A stretch of DNA of 64,000 bases from a virus. Numbering within the stretch: position 1 is the first letter of the stretch; every line of letters starts with the position of its first letter. Location of the stretch: IMG/VR virus record IMGVR_UViG_3300027869_000006, positions 1 to 64,000 of that record. The stretch is one strand, 5' to 3'. The position numbers and the translations under genes were made by a program. The notes under the pieces were generated by a model that was given only the letters and a program-made list of their open reading frames with translations, was not told where the DNA came from and did not search any database. Positions 17,795-27,519 of the stretch are shown here, piece by piece.

Positions 17795-19948
17795 ATGAGT
17801 CCTCCCATGCTTCTTTCACTTGATGACGCGGCACAGTCTCTCGGTCTTTCTCGGCGGGCGCTCAGTCAGTCCGTCTCTGCGCTCAATCTCAAAACACAAC
17901 GGGGCACTGATCGTCGGGCATACCTGGCTGTCTCTGATGTTGAGCGGATACAAGCATTCAGAGCAGGGGAGACAAAAAACAATCCGATGTATCAAGGGAG
18001 TATTACCTATATAAATGCCCCCCAACCGCAGATGATGCCGCGCAACTATAAAAGTTACATAAAAGAAGGGTACAAGTCCGATCCAACTTTATATAAAAGC
18101 GTGAATTACATTATTACGAACGGCGCGGCTATTCCCCCTCTGCTCTATACCGATGCCACGATGAAGAAGACCATTGACACGCATCCACTCCTTGACCTCT
18201 TAGAAACTCCCAACAATGAACAGAGCGGCGTGGATTACCGTGAAGCCGTGATTGGCTATTTACTGATTGCTGGCAATTCCTTCCAGTTCGCCAGTCGGGT
18301 GACACGCAAGAATGGCCCGCCTGACGAATTATGGACCCTGCCTCCCGATTTGGTCCATCCTGTGCTAGAGCGGCCTCGAGGGATAAGCGGTTACAACTTT
18401 GATAACTTCCAAGAGAAAGATAATCCTATCCCACCGGAGAATATTCGCCATGACAAGTTCTGGGGAGGTGATGACCCGATCTGGGGAATTTCACCGGTAG
18501 AACCAGCAGCCATCATGATTGACATGAATCTTGCCTCTCGCAAGTGGAATCTCTCCGTCTTGCAAAACGGTGGGCGCATGGATGGCGCGTGGGTTGTTCC
18601 GACACCTATGGGCCTCAATGAACGGAACCAGACGGAACAAAAGATACATGGGAAGTATCGTGGGTACTCTAACGCAGGCAAGGCCCCAGTCATGGATGCG
18701 GGCATGACTTTTGTACCAACTGCCTATACTCCTACTGAACTTGACTGGCTTGAGTCCGTCCGGCGCAATGAAGGTGGTATCGCGAATACCGTCAATATTC
18801 CCCCGCAACTCATCGGGGATACCTCTGCCACGACCTATAACAACATGGGTGAGGCCAAGGCAGCATCTTATACTGAAGAGATATTCCCCGTGCTTGATCG
18901 CATCTACGCAGGCTGGCGGCGCTGGCTCGTGCCGATGTATCCCGATCTCAAGAGTGCCTACCTCTACTATGATAAAGAAACCGTTGAAGTCGTGCAGCAG
19001 GTCATTCAAGCACAGAAAGCCGCTCAGGCAGACCGTGCCGTGAAAGCCTACCTTGCCGGTATTATCATGCTCGACCAAGCCAATGTACTCATGGGTCTGC
19101 CACCGCTTCCTAAAGGACAGGGGAAGGTCTATCGCATGGGGGCGGTACTCATCCCTGCCGATGAAATTATGAAATACGCCGAGCAGAGCATGACAACTCC
19201 TGCCGCGCCGCCAATGCCCGTGCCTGAACCGATACCGACGACACTCCCACCAGGCACGCAACCAGCAGCACCAACCCAGGAGCAGCCATCATCTCAACCA
19301 GGAAAGAAGCCGACGAATGAAGCAACCCCACCTGAACAAGAAAAAGAACCCTCCGCACAACAAGGACGTGGCAAGCAACCTGTCAAAGCATCACCGAGCC
19401 TGGGCGAAGTTCGTTCGTTCGGGCGGGAACCTGGACCTGCTCACAGAGAGCGAGAGACAGTACATCATTCACGAAAGCAAGCAGACACTATAACGCACCT
19501 CTTGTGGGAGTGTGATGCTGGTGCATGTGCATTTTGCCTGGAAAATGACGGTATTCTCATAGCGGTAGATGACTCCTTCCCTAATGGATGTAGCGGCCCC
19601 GATGACTCACATCGCTGGTGTAAGTGCCAGGCATACGAGCTCTCTATTCCTGATGACACCGAGGACAGTACCATCTCCCGCATGAGTATCGCCGCCCTGG
19701 CTGCCGCATTTGGAGTGGGACTGATTGCGAGTCGGCATGACCAGGATGTGCAGGAGCAGGAACAAGAGGATGTCCAAGAGGACGAGGACGACGGGGAGAA
19801 AGCAGCCGTCGCCGCGTATCTAGCAAGCAAGCAAGCTCAAGAGATACCAGATGAGACACCTGAGCAGCATATGATCCCCGGTCTCGTCTCGCTCTATGAC
19901 CGAGATAAAAAAGCCTATAAGGCGCTCTTACGAGGAAAAACGGCATGA
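17795..19948 (+). CDS. HK97-family portal with N-terminal HTH and C-terminal MuF-like Cys/His motif
   Basis: HPLLDLLETPN, GISPV, IPPQLIG..TYNN; ATG 17795 follows GGGAGG. Confidence 0.9.
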   Translation: MSPPMLLSLDDAAQSLGLSRRALSQSVSALNLKTQRGTDRRAYLAVSDVERIQAFRAGETKNNPMYQGSITYINAPQPQMMPRNYKSYIKEGYKSDPTLYKSVNYIITNGAAIPPLLYTDATMKKTIDTHPLLDLLETPNNEQSGVDYREAVIGYLLIAGNSFQFASRVTRKNGPPDELWTLPPDLVHPVLERPRGISGYNFDNFQEKDNPIPPENIRHDKFWGGDDPIWGISPVEPAAIMIDMNLASRKWNLSVLQNGGRMDGAWVVPTPMGLNERNQTEQKIHGKYRGYSNAGKAPVMDAGMTFVPTAYTPTELDWLESVRRNEGGIANTVNIPPQLIGDTSATTYNNMGEAKAASYTEEIFPVLDRIYAGWRRWLVPMYPDLKSAYLYYDKETVEVVQQVIQAQKAAQADRAVKAYLAGIIMLDQANVLMGLPPLPKGQGKVYRMGAVLIPADEIMKYAEQSMTTPAAPPMPVPEPIPTTLPPGTQPAAPTQEQPSSQPGKKPTNEATPPEQEKEPSAQQGRGKQPVKASPSLGEVRSFGREPGPAHRERETVHHSRKQADTITHLLWECDAGACAFCLENDGILIAVDDSFPNGCSGPDDSHRWCKCQAYELSIPDDTEDSTISRMSIAALAAAFGVGLIASRHDQDVQEQEQEDVQEDEDDGEKAAVAAYLASKQAQEIPDETPEQHMIPGLVSLYDRDKKAYKALLRGKTA

Positions 19949-21828
19949 ATAAAATAGCAGCGGTAGACATCCCTACAGAATATAAGCTCTTCCTTGCTGG
20001 TGACTTTAAGGCAACCAATGATGAACAAGGGATCATTGAAGGCATTCTTAACGCGATTGGGAATGTCGATGATGGGCTCGACCGCACACAGCCAGGGGCA
20101 TTTACCAAGACGATAGAACTCGCCTATCGGCAGAAGAAAGCACAGAACTATGATTACCTCTGGCCCTATATGTGGAACCATGATTATGACCTTATCCCGC
20201 CTGGTGGTATCTTCGATGCCGATGAAGTCAAAGCACAAGGAGATCGACCTGCTGGACTCTTCACGAAGGTGCGTCTTACCCTGGATTATCAACTAGGGCG
20301 CGATTTATACACGGCCTTCAAGGCAGGGACAGTACGGAAACAATCGATGGGCTACAAGACGCTTGAACAAGACTGGGTCAAAGAGCAGGTTGATGGGCAG
20401 AATACCATGGTGCGTAACCTCATTGAGGTACAACTCCTTGAGGGTTCTGCCGTCGTCTTTCCCATGAATCAACTAGCAGATGTCACGAATGTGAAGTCGG
20501 GCGGGTTATGGACACCGCCGAAAGTCTATTTCTTCATGCATGCGACTCCTCCCTCCGAGACAAAGACCGTCTGTGGGAACACATCAGGCCCTATCGGCCC
20601 CCGTGATGAGAGTTGGGATGGCGGTAAAGCCAAAGGCCAGATATGGGCTGCTGCCTATGACGCAGACTCTGGCAAGATCAATACCTCCCTTGCCAAGAAA
20701 TATTTTATGAGTTGTGACGGGGATGCCCAGCAGAAGGGTAGTTATGGACTTCCGTTCTGGTATGTCGGCGACTCCCCGCATATTTGCGTCGGCGCGGTCA
20801 AAGCCATTGCGGGGGCAGTGCAAGGGAGTCGTGGAGCAAGTCTCGATGGGGCTGATGCGATCAAATCCAAAGTAGCCGCTCTCTACGGGAGAATCAACAG
20901 TAAGTACCCAGATGATCCTGAACTCACTCCGCCGTGGAAGGATGACGGGAAAGCAAGCACACGCGCTCGAGAGAAGAAGACCTTCCAGGAGCACTACCAG
21001 GACGAACAATGCGATGACCTGCTTGAGGATTGGCAGGATGTGTTGCTGTGTGCCTTAACCTCTGCCGTGCTTGATGCCTTTCAGATTGGGGATACCCCGG
21101 AGGCTGATGTTGAGGATGCCCTGACTGCTTTCCATGAGGCGGCAATGGCCTGGGTAGCACAAGCACAAGCATACAACCTTTCAGACTATTTAGAGGAGAA
21201 CTCTTACCGTTCTTCACCCGCCGAATACACCATGCAATATGGCTCTGAAAGCCGACCCGATTATGGCTACATGTCCAATCGCGTGATGCGAGAGAGAAAA
21301 ATCATGCTCTCCTCTGATGCAACGATGGGCGGTTTCACTGCCGACCACGTAGACAAACTCAAGAGTGCCGCAAGCAAGGCCATGCAAAAGGTGCAAGACC
21401 ATGCGGACGCACTCCATACCGCTGCCGATACCGTCAAATCCCTGGTGAGCAAAGCGACGGTATCGAGTGAGAAGTCATTCGGACAGAAAGCCGGTCGGGT
21501 TCTCAGCGCGGCCAATGTTGCGACCCTGTCCGACCATGCCGACTCGCTGGATGATGCGGCAGACTCGCTCACCAAATCCATCAAACGCAGTACCAATCAA
21601 GTCCAGTCCGTCGCCGATGACCTTGCCACCATACTGCAAGGGAGTGAGGCGGCGTATGGTACCGACCCAGGAGATGCTGGAGACCAACAAGAGGGCAAAC
21701 ATCGCGGGGCCTCGTACCTCCGTACACGTCCCACCCATCACGCACGCTCGTCTCGCGCAGACACCGTGGATGAGGCAGAGATCGCAGCCGCCCTTGTCAA
21801 GCTCCGCGCACTTACCACCACCGCTTAA
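19945..21828 (+). CDS. prohead protease (HK97-type) with long C-terminal extension
   Basis: D...PGAF, MWNHD, QSMGY, LLEGSAVVFPMN. Confidence 0.9.
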   Translation: MNKIAAVDIPTEYKLFLAGDFKATNDEQGIIEGILNAIGNVDDGLDRTQPGAFTKTIELAYRQKKAQNYDYLWPYMWNHDYDLIPPGGIFDADEVKAQGDRPAGLFTKVRLTLDYQLGRDLYTAFKAGTVRKQSMGYKTLEQDWVKEQVDGQNTMVRNLIEVQLLEGSAVVFPMNQLADVTNVKSGGLWTPPKVYFFMHATPPSETKTVCGNTSGPIGPRDESWDGGKAKGQIWAAAYDADSGKINTSLAKKYFMSCDGDAQQKGSYGLPFWYVGDSPHICVGAVKAIAGAVQGSRGASLDGADAIKSKVAALYGRINSKYPDDPELTPPWKDDGKASTRAREKKTFQEHYQDEQCDDLLEDWQDVLLCALTSAVLDAFQIGDTPEADVEDALTAFHEAAMAWVAQAQAYNLSDYLEENSYRSSPAEYTMQYGSESRPDYGYMSNRVMRERKIMLSSDATMGGFTADHVDKLKSAASKAMQKVQDHADALHTAADTVKSLVSKATVSSEKSFGQKAGRVLSAANVATLSDHADSLDDAADSLTKSIKRSTNQVQSVADDLATILQGSEAAYGTDPGDAGDQQEGKHRGASYLRTRPTHHARSSRADTVDEAEIAAALVKLRALTTTA

Positions 21829-21875
21829 TGTGATGTCAGAATGTTCTGACATGAGGATGATAGGTAGAGGTAGAT

Positions 21876-23204
21876 ATGCCAACCGCATTGCAAGATTTAG
21901 TCGATGAGGTCAACTCTATCGCGTACAAGATGAGTGAACGCGTGGACCTTGCCGACAAGGAACAGAAGAAACGGGGTGAAGAGCTCACCTCGAAAACGGC
22001 TACGATGGCCGCCGAGTTTAAGGCGGGCCTGGACGCCGCCAATGACCGCATCAACCAGTTGCTCGATATGGTAGAACAAGCGAAGAAGGAACTGGCCGAG
22101 GCACGTATCGAAGCCAGCCGACCCCCACTCTGGAGCAAGGATGGCAAGCTCGTTGACAAGGACGGCAAGCGCATCCGCTCCGACCATCACAAGGCATTCA
22201 TGAAGGCGATCCGCAACCACGGACGTATTGAACTGATGCGGCCAGAGGAACGCCAGATGATTGTCTACAACGAGATGCCTGCCGAAAGCAAAGCCCTCTA
22301 CGCGGGTGATGCGACGACCGGCGGCTTCTTCGCCTCGACCGACTTTGTGGCGGAACTCAAAGAGTACGCCTTGCTGATCTCGCCTATGCGCAAGGTCTGC
22401 CGCATTCAGACCACCAGTGGTGAAAAAGTACAGATGCCCGCCCTGGCCAATGACGCGACGGCCTATTGGGCAACAGAGCAAGCTGCCTTTACTGATAGCA
22501 CCGACCCGACCGTCAGCATGATCAACATTCCAGTGCATGAAATCCGTGGCCTCTTGAAGGTGTCCCAACAGAACCTGGAAGATTCCATGTTCAACCTGGA
22601 AGACCTGATCAAAGAACGCTTGATGCTCAAGTTTGCCCAGACCGAAGGCACGGCCTTCATCTCTGGCAACGGTAACGGCAAGCCACGCGGCATCATGAAC
22701 TATCCCAGTAAGGCGAGTTCTTCCTATGCGGGTGGCTCTGCCGGACTCAACAATGTGACCGATGCGATTGCCTATGTCCTCTCCGGGGCGGCGACCGGTA
22801 AGATCAATGCCGATGATGTGCTCAACGTCAAGATGGACCTCAAAGCGACCTATGACAACGTGGCCACCTATGCCTTTACCCGTGGCACACTCAATACCAT
22901 TCGTCTCTTCAAGGACAGCCAGAACCGTCCGCTGTGGCAGCCCTTCGCGGGTGCCAACCTGCCGAGCCTGATCTACGATGCACCCTACATCGAGATGCCG
23001 GATATGGACCAGATCGCGAGTGGCAAACTCCCCATCCTGGTGGGTGACTTCAAGCAGTATATGATCGTAGACCGCATCACACTCAACATCCAGCAACTCA
23101 ATGAACTCTATATCGCGTCCGGCTTGATCGGGTTTATTGCACGCATGCGCGTCGGGGGCGACTTGCTGATGCCCGAGTCGATGCGGACGTTAAAAGTGAA
23201 CTAG
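21876..23204 (+). CDS. major capsid protein (HK97 fold, N-terminal delta domain)
   Basis: GGF...., AYWATE, GNGNGKPRGI, KDSQNRPLWQP, GDF, RVGG. Confidence 0.95.
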   Translation: MPTALQDLVDEVNSIAYKMSERVDLADKEQKKRGEELTSKTATMAAEFKAGLDAANDRINQLLDMVEQAKKELAEARIEASRPPLWSKDGKLVDKDGKRIRSDHHKAFMKAIRNHGRIELMRPEERQMIVYNEMPAESKALYAGDATTGGFFASTDFVAELKEYALLISPMRKVCRIQTTSGEKVQMPALANDATAYWATEQAAFTDSTDPTVSMINIPVHEIRGLLKVSQQNLEDSMFNLEDLIKERLMLKFAQTEGTAFISGNGNGKPRGIMNYPSKASSSYAGGSAGLNNVTDAIAYVLSGAATGKINADDVLNVKMDLKATYDNVATYAFTRGTLNTIRLFKDSQNRPLWQPFAGANLPSLIYDAPYIEMPDMDQIASGKLPILVGDFKQYMIVDRITLNIQQLNELYIASGLIGFIARMRVGGDLLMPESMRTLKVN

Positions 23205-23243
23205 TTGTTTATCAACTAGAGATATAAAGGATGAGAAACAACC

Positions 23244-23699
23244 ATGCGTGACATTGTCACTAAGGAGACAGGGACGTTCTTCGGCGGGTTGACCGCGCTC
23301 CCTGTCGTCAAAACCACTCAGACGAGTGCCTGGATTGACCTGGCCAACTATAACGGAGCCACGGTGTACATCCTGACGAATACCTGGACGGATGGCACGA
23401 TGACGCCCTCCATTCATGAAAGCGATGATGCCAGTACCGACCTGGGGGCCGCACCCGTCGCGAACCTGGTGCTGTGGACAGCCACCTCGGCCTCGGTCTA
23501 CACCCCAGTCAGGGTTGGAAACTCACAACCATTGGCCATTAGTAGTGCCGCCACGGCTATCAACCAGCGAGTCGGCTACATCGGCGGGCACCGCTACATT
23601 AATGTGGTCTCCACCATCTCTGGTAGTCCGAGTACCGGCATGGGCTATGACGTGATTATCCAGGCAGGCGAGGCGCGTAATCAGCCTCCGGCTGTCTAG
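23244..23699 (+). CDS. putative capsid decoration/cement protein
   Basis: Position after MCP; IDLANY..ESDD..VGYIGGHRY. Confidence 0.6.
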   Translation: MRDIVTKETGTFFGGLTALPVVKTTQTSAWIDLANYNGATVYILTNTWTDGTMTPSIHESDDASTDLGAAPVANLVLWTATSASVYTPVRVGNSQPLAISSAATAINQRVGYIGGHRYINVVSTISGSPSTGMGYDVIIQAGEARNQPPAV

Positions 23700-23720
23700 T
23701 CAAGAAAGGCGGCAGAAACG

Positions 23721-24143
23721 ATGCCCTATCCTGTTATTCCTGATATCCCCGCCGCGAACATCAACGGCACGCTCGCGAGCGCATCCTATCCGGCGGGCGC
23801 GACTCCACTCAATGCCACATCGGGGGATGTAGCGGCGGCCACGGCGGCGGCCACGCTCGCGGGAGCGGCCAACAAAACGACCTATATCACCGGGTTTACC
23901 ATTAGCGGCGCCGGGGCAACGGGCGCGTCTGTCGTGCTGGTGACTATCACCGATGGGACCTGGACACTGACCTATGATCTTGCCGTCGTAGCGGGAGCGG
24001 CCCTGCAAAATGCGATGGTCAAGGATACTTTCAACCCGCCACTCCCAGCGAGTGCGCCGAATACCGCGATTGTGGTGTCATGTCCGACGCTTGGCACGGG
24101 CAATCTGCACAACTGTGCCAATGCCTACGGGTACAGGGTCTAA
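23721..24143 (+). CDS. putative virion structural protein
   Basis: A/G/T-rich beta protein in head module. Confidence 0.55.
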   Translation: MPYPVIPDIPAANINGTLASASYPAGATPLNATSGDVAAATAAATLAGAANKTTYITGFTISGAGATGASVVLVTITDGTWTLTYDLAVVAGAALQNAMVKDTFNPPLPASAPNTAIVVSCPTLGTGNLHNCANAYGYRV

Positions 24144-24152
24144 AGGAGAAGT

Positions 24153-24587
24153 GTGATGGCACAGTATACCAATGCAGCAAATGAACTCGTCGAGGCCGTA
24201 CAACTGACCGATGAAGAGGCACGTGCTGCCGGTGTTCTACCAGGGAGTTGGCATGTCACCGGCACGGGTACGTCGCATTCCTCGGCGATGCTCGAGCATG
24301 AAGCATTCCTGGCCTCCCATACCCCGGTCGGGCCTGCCGCACCGGCGAAGTATCTCAATGCGGCAGGTGAGGAAGTCGAGGCCGTTGCCATTCCTGCCCC
24401 TCGCCACTGGCAAGTGACCACTGCCGAGGGCGAGGTCTCGACCCTGCCCGATGAGGAGTTCCAGGCATCGCATACCCTTGCGGTCGCCATTCCAGCCGAA
24501 GCCGTGGCCGAAGAGGAAGTCTCCACCGTCCCGGTGGCACCGCTTTCTGTGGAAGAAGACGCGGAAGAGGGTCATCTCGACTCGTAA
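24153..24587 (+). CDS. hypothetical protein with internal duplication
   Basis: Y.NAA.E.VEAV..W.VT..E.F.ASHT occurs twice. Confidence 0.65.
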   Translation: MMAQYTNAANELVEAVQLTDEEARAAGVLPGSWHVTGTGTSHSSAMLEHEAFLASHTPVGPAAPAKYLNAAGEEVEAVAIPAPRHWQVTTAEGEVSTLPDEEFQASHTLAVAIPAEAVAEEEVSTVPVAPLSVEEDAEEGHLDS

Positions 24588-24628
24588 TGTGTCCGTGTAG
24601 CGCAGTTTGTAGAGGAGTCTGTTGATCG

Positions 24629-25297
24629 ATGTCATCGAGCTTCATTGTGTTGACACCGCCATCACAGGAGCCAGTTTCCCTGACCGAGGTCAAGGACTGG
24701 TTGAACATAGATTTCCCCGATAAGGATACGTTGCTGGCATATCTGATTACGCGGGCAAGGCGCTATTGTGAGACGGTGACACATCGTGCATTTGCTACTC
24801 AGACGATACAACAAGTGTATACGGTTGAACGGCCTTCGGGGGGCGAACTCTCAGGGCCGATCAATCGTGGCCCTGACTGGTATGCTTATCAACAAATGAT
24901 CGGAGCAAATCCATTCGGAGCCGCGCAATTTTATCTAGATTTAGTCATGCCGCCATTTCAGTCAGGACAGACTTATACGATTGAGACAAAGGTGACGGCA
25001 TTTGATACATGGAAGACATTCCCGCAAGTAACGAACCCTGATGGCTCAACCAATACCTATGTGGACAATGTACAAGAACCCGCCCGGCTCTTTTTCATGG
25101 ACCCGCTTACCGTCAACTTCTGGCGGATGACGTATACCACTGGGTATTGGTCAGGCTATTCACTCGATACAATGGCGCCGGACTTGAAACAATGTCTCTT
25201 TGAGTTAATAGCCGCTTGGTATGACAACAGAGAAGGCGAAGGCGACATCAGTGATGTCACCAGTCGCTTGCTCGCCCGCCGTGTGGATTGGGTGTGA
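24629..25297 (+). CDS. head-tail adaptor (HK97 gp6-like)
   Basis: EPVSLTEVKDWL..D..LI.RAR..CE; WYDNRE. Confidence 0.85.
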   Translation: MSSSFIVLTPPSQEPVSLTEVKDWLNIDFPDKDTLLAYLITRARRYCETVTHRAFATQTIQQVYTVERPSGGELSGPINRGPDWYAYQQMIGANPFGAAQFYLDLVMPPFQSGQTYTIETKVTAFDTWKTFPQVTNPDGSTNTYVDNVQEPARLFFMDPLTVNFWRMTYTTGYWSGYSLDTMAPDLKQCLFELIAAWYDNREGEGDISDVTSRLLARRVDWV

Positions 25298-25300
25298 TGG

Positions 25301-25699
25301 ATGCCCGTAAAAGATAAAGTTGCTACTTTTCAATTCAACCGTAAGATTGTCATCCAGAAGCCAACGGCAGGCGTCGATGACGACCAGGGCGGGGGACTTG
25401 GGCCGAGTGCGGCCTCGGAGTATGTCGATTACTATACGTGCTTTGCGGATATCCAGAACCAGCCGCATGGACGAGGACTGTTTCGCAAGTTCCTGTTACA
25501 GCAGTTGTACCCGCAACTCACGACCATCATTCAGATACGGTATCAGCAAACGTTCCCGATAGATGCCACGTGCCAGGTCAAGTACATCGCACACGGCATC
25601 ATGCACATCTATAAAATTCTCGGCATTGAGAATACCGCCGAGGCGAACATCAGTATGTACCTCTTGTGCCGAGAGGATCAAGCGAAGGCGGTGAACTAA
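25301..25699 (+). CDS. head closure protein (SPP1 gp16-like)
   Basis: RKIVIQ...DDQGG...IRY; synteny. Confidence 0.75.
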   Translation: MPVKDKVATFQFNRKIVIQKPTAGVDDDQGGGLGPSAASEYVDYYTCFADIQNQPHGRGLFRKFLLQQLYPQLTTIIQIRYQQTFPIDATCQVKYIAHGIMHIYKILGIENTAEANISMYLLCREDQAKAVN

Positions 25700-26076
25700 T
25701 GGAACAACGAGAGCAAGCGCGTCGTGCTTTTCAGAAGGCGATGAACAGAGATGACAGCCCGCTTACAGCACTGCTCATGCATGAGCTGACTGATGAGGAA
25801 CAGGAGTTGCGTCGCTTCATCCGCGTCACCGCCGAGAGCCTTGAGATGGGAGGAGAAGAGGAGAGAGAGATGACCATGCAACAGACCGACCAGAGCCAAT
25901 CGGATGCTCCAAGCCAAGGAACCAGGGAGAAGCATTGGACCGACGAACTCCGCGAGACTATTCGCCAGATTGCGCGAGAAGAGGTGAAACGAGCACTCGA
26001 TTCTCTCGCTCATGATCTTGGTGCGGCGACTCGTCCAGGTGCCTGGCCACAGTATGAACACAAGGGGGAGCGGTAA
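25699..26076 (+). CDS. hypothetical protein
   Basis: TAATG coupling at both ends. Confidence 0.5.
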   Translation: MEQREQARRAFQKAMNRDDSPLTALLMHELTDEEQELRRFIRVTAESLEMGGEEEREMTMQQTDQSQSDAPSQGTREKHWTDELRETIRQIAREEVKRALDSLAHDLGAATRPGAWPQYEHKGER

Positions 26077-26435
26077 TGGCTGATGGGATCACGGCTGAGA
26101 TATTCGGGAATATTGCCATCCTGGATCATATGGATGCGCTTGACCTGTTGATCCAGGCACGAGCGCAGGAGAAGCTCGAAGAGGCAGGGCAGATGGCTCT
26201 GGAAGAGGCAGACTCGCTTACCCCTGTCCTGACTGGCTATCTCCTCTCCAGAAACCAACTTCAAGTCAGGCCGGGGCGCGTCATCGTGAGTAATGATGCC
26301 CCATACGCCGGCTTTATTGTACTTGGTCATCTCACGAGAGGGCATCAGTCATTTGTCCCGCCAAATGATTTCCTTTCCCCTGCTATGCATGATGCGGGTG
26401 AATGGCTCAAGGAGCAATTGCGAGGAATGATCTAG
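26076..26435 (+). CDS. HK97 gp10-like tail completion protein
   Basis: TPVLTGYL, APYA...G, FLSPA. Confidence 0.75.
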   Translation: MADGITAEIFGNIAILDHMDALDLLIQARAQEKLEEAGQMALEEADSLTPVLTGYLLSRNQLQVRPGRVIVSNDAPYAGFIVLGHLTRGHQSFVPPNDFLSPAMHDAGEWLKEQLRGMI

Positions 26436-26459
26436 TACGAGAGAGAAGAGGTGAGTGAC

Positions 26460-26564
26460 ATGGCAAGTAGTAAGGGTGGCAAGCCCAAGACCAGTACCCC
26501 ACGGGATGGTCGATTGAAGGAGAATCAGGGCAAGCCCAAACCCGTACCGAAGAAGGGCTCATAA
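26460..26564 (+). CDS. 34-aa basic peptide (not in ORF track)
   Basis: GAGGTG RBS; MASSKGGKPKTSTPRDGRLKENQGKPKPVPKKGS*. Confidence 0.55.
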   Translation: MASSKGGKPKTSTPRDGRLKENQGKPKPVPKKGS

Positions 26565-26567
26565 GCG

Positions 26568-26999
26568 ATGGGACTTCCTACGGGCGAGATGCAGGTGGCA
26601 GTGATTTCTACCCTCCGGGGAGATACGTCCCTGCAAACATTGCTAGGCGCAACAGGAAGCCCGTGGGGCATATTTGATGCCGATGGAGTCCCAACGAACC
26701 AGCCTTTCCCGTACGTGGTCATCAGCATGATTATGGCGAGACTCGGCACAGCTTTCGCAATGGACTATGATGCGACTGATGTCTGGATACAGGCCAGTGT
26801 CTTTACCCAAGCCGGGGGTTTCAAGATCGCACGGGGCATTGCCAAACAAATTGATCGTGATGTACAGCAATCCAGCCTCGCGCTGGCCAATGGGTTCACC
26901 AACTTCGGCACACTCCGGGAACTCTACCAGGAGATCACCGAGGCTGATGGACTTACACAACATATAGCAATACGTTATAGAGCCTGGATTATAGGTTAA
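26568..26999 (+). CDS. tail terminator (DUF3168/gp17-like)
   Basis: IFD..P..PFPYVVI; synteny. Confidence 0.75.
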   Translation: MGLPTGEMQVAVISTLRGDTSLQTLLGATGSPWGIFDADGVPTNQPFPYVVISMIMARLGTAFAMDYDATDVWIQASVFTQAGGFKIARGIAKQIDRDVQQSSLALANGFTNFGTLRELYQEITEADGLTQHIAIRYRAWIIG

Positions 27000-27027
27000 G
27001 TGGAAAGAAGAAGAGGAGGCACACCAC

Positions 27028-27441
27028 ATGCCATCTCCAACAGCAGGGTTTATCGGTTGGTGTAAGGTAGGCCCCACAACGGCTCCTACCAATAAAGTAT
27101 CGGGCCTCACCGATATCTCTGCCCCGTTTGCGCGAGCAATGTATGATGTCACGAATATGGATAGCGGGGCATCCAATGGTTGGACACAGTCCCTTCCTGG
27201 CCTGGGGAGTGCCAAGATCACACTCAAGGTCAACTATGACCCCTCAGATACGAACGGGCAGGTGGTCCTCACCAATGCCTATGTTGCCCTCACGCTTTTG
27301 TACTTCATTCTCAGTATCAATGGAACCAACACCGCAACGTTCACCGGCTACGTGGATAACTTCACACCCCACGCCCCGGTCAATAATAAGACAGACGCTT
27401 CCTACTCCATTACGATGACATCGAGTGTGGTGTTTAGTTAA
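27028..27441 (+). CDS. major tail tube protein
   Basis: DVTNMDS..GW...PGL, YDPSD..Q, FTGYV. Confidence 0.8.
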   Translation: MPSPTAGFIGWCKVGPTTAPTNKVSGLTDISAPFARAMYDVTNMDSGASNGWTQSLPGLGSAKITLKVNYDPSDTNGQVVLTNAYVALTLLYFILSINGTNTATFTGYVDNFTPHAPVNNKTDASYSITMTSSVVFS

Positions 27442-27519
27442 AACTTGACTACAAGCTGCTTCACGTGCTATACTTAGTATAGGAAGCATCAAATTAGTAT
27501 ACCGCGTGAAGGGAGCTAT

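Noticed and set aside
21897-23096. Long antisense ORFs over capsid, TMP and tail genes
   Set aside because: Codon-bias shadows of strongly supported + strand genes.
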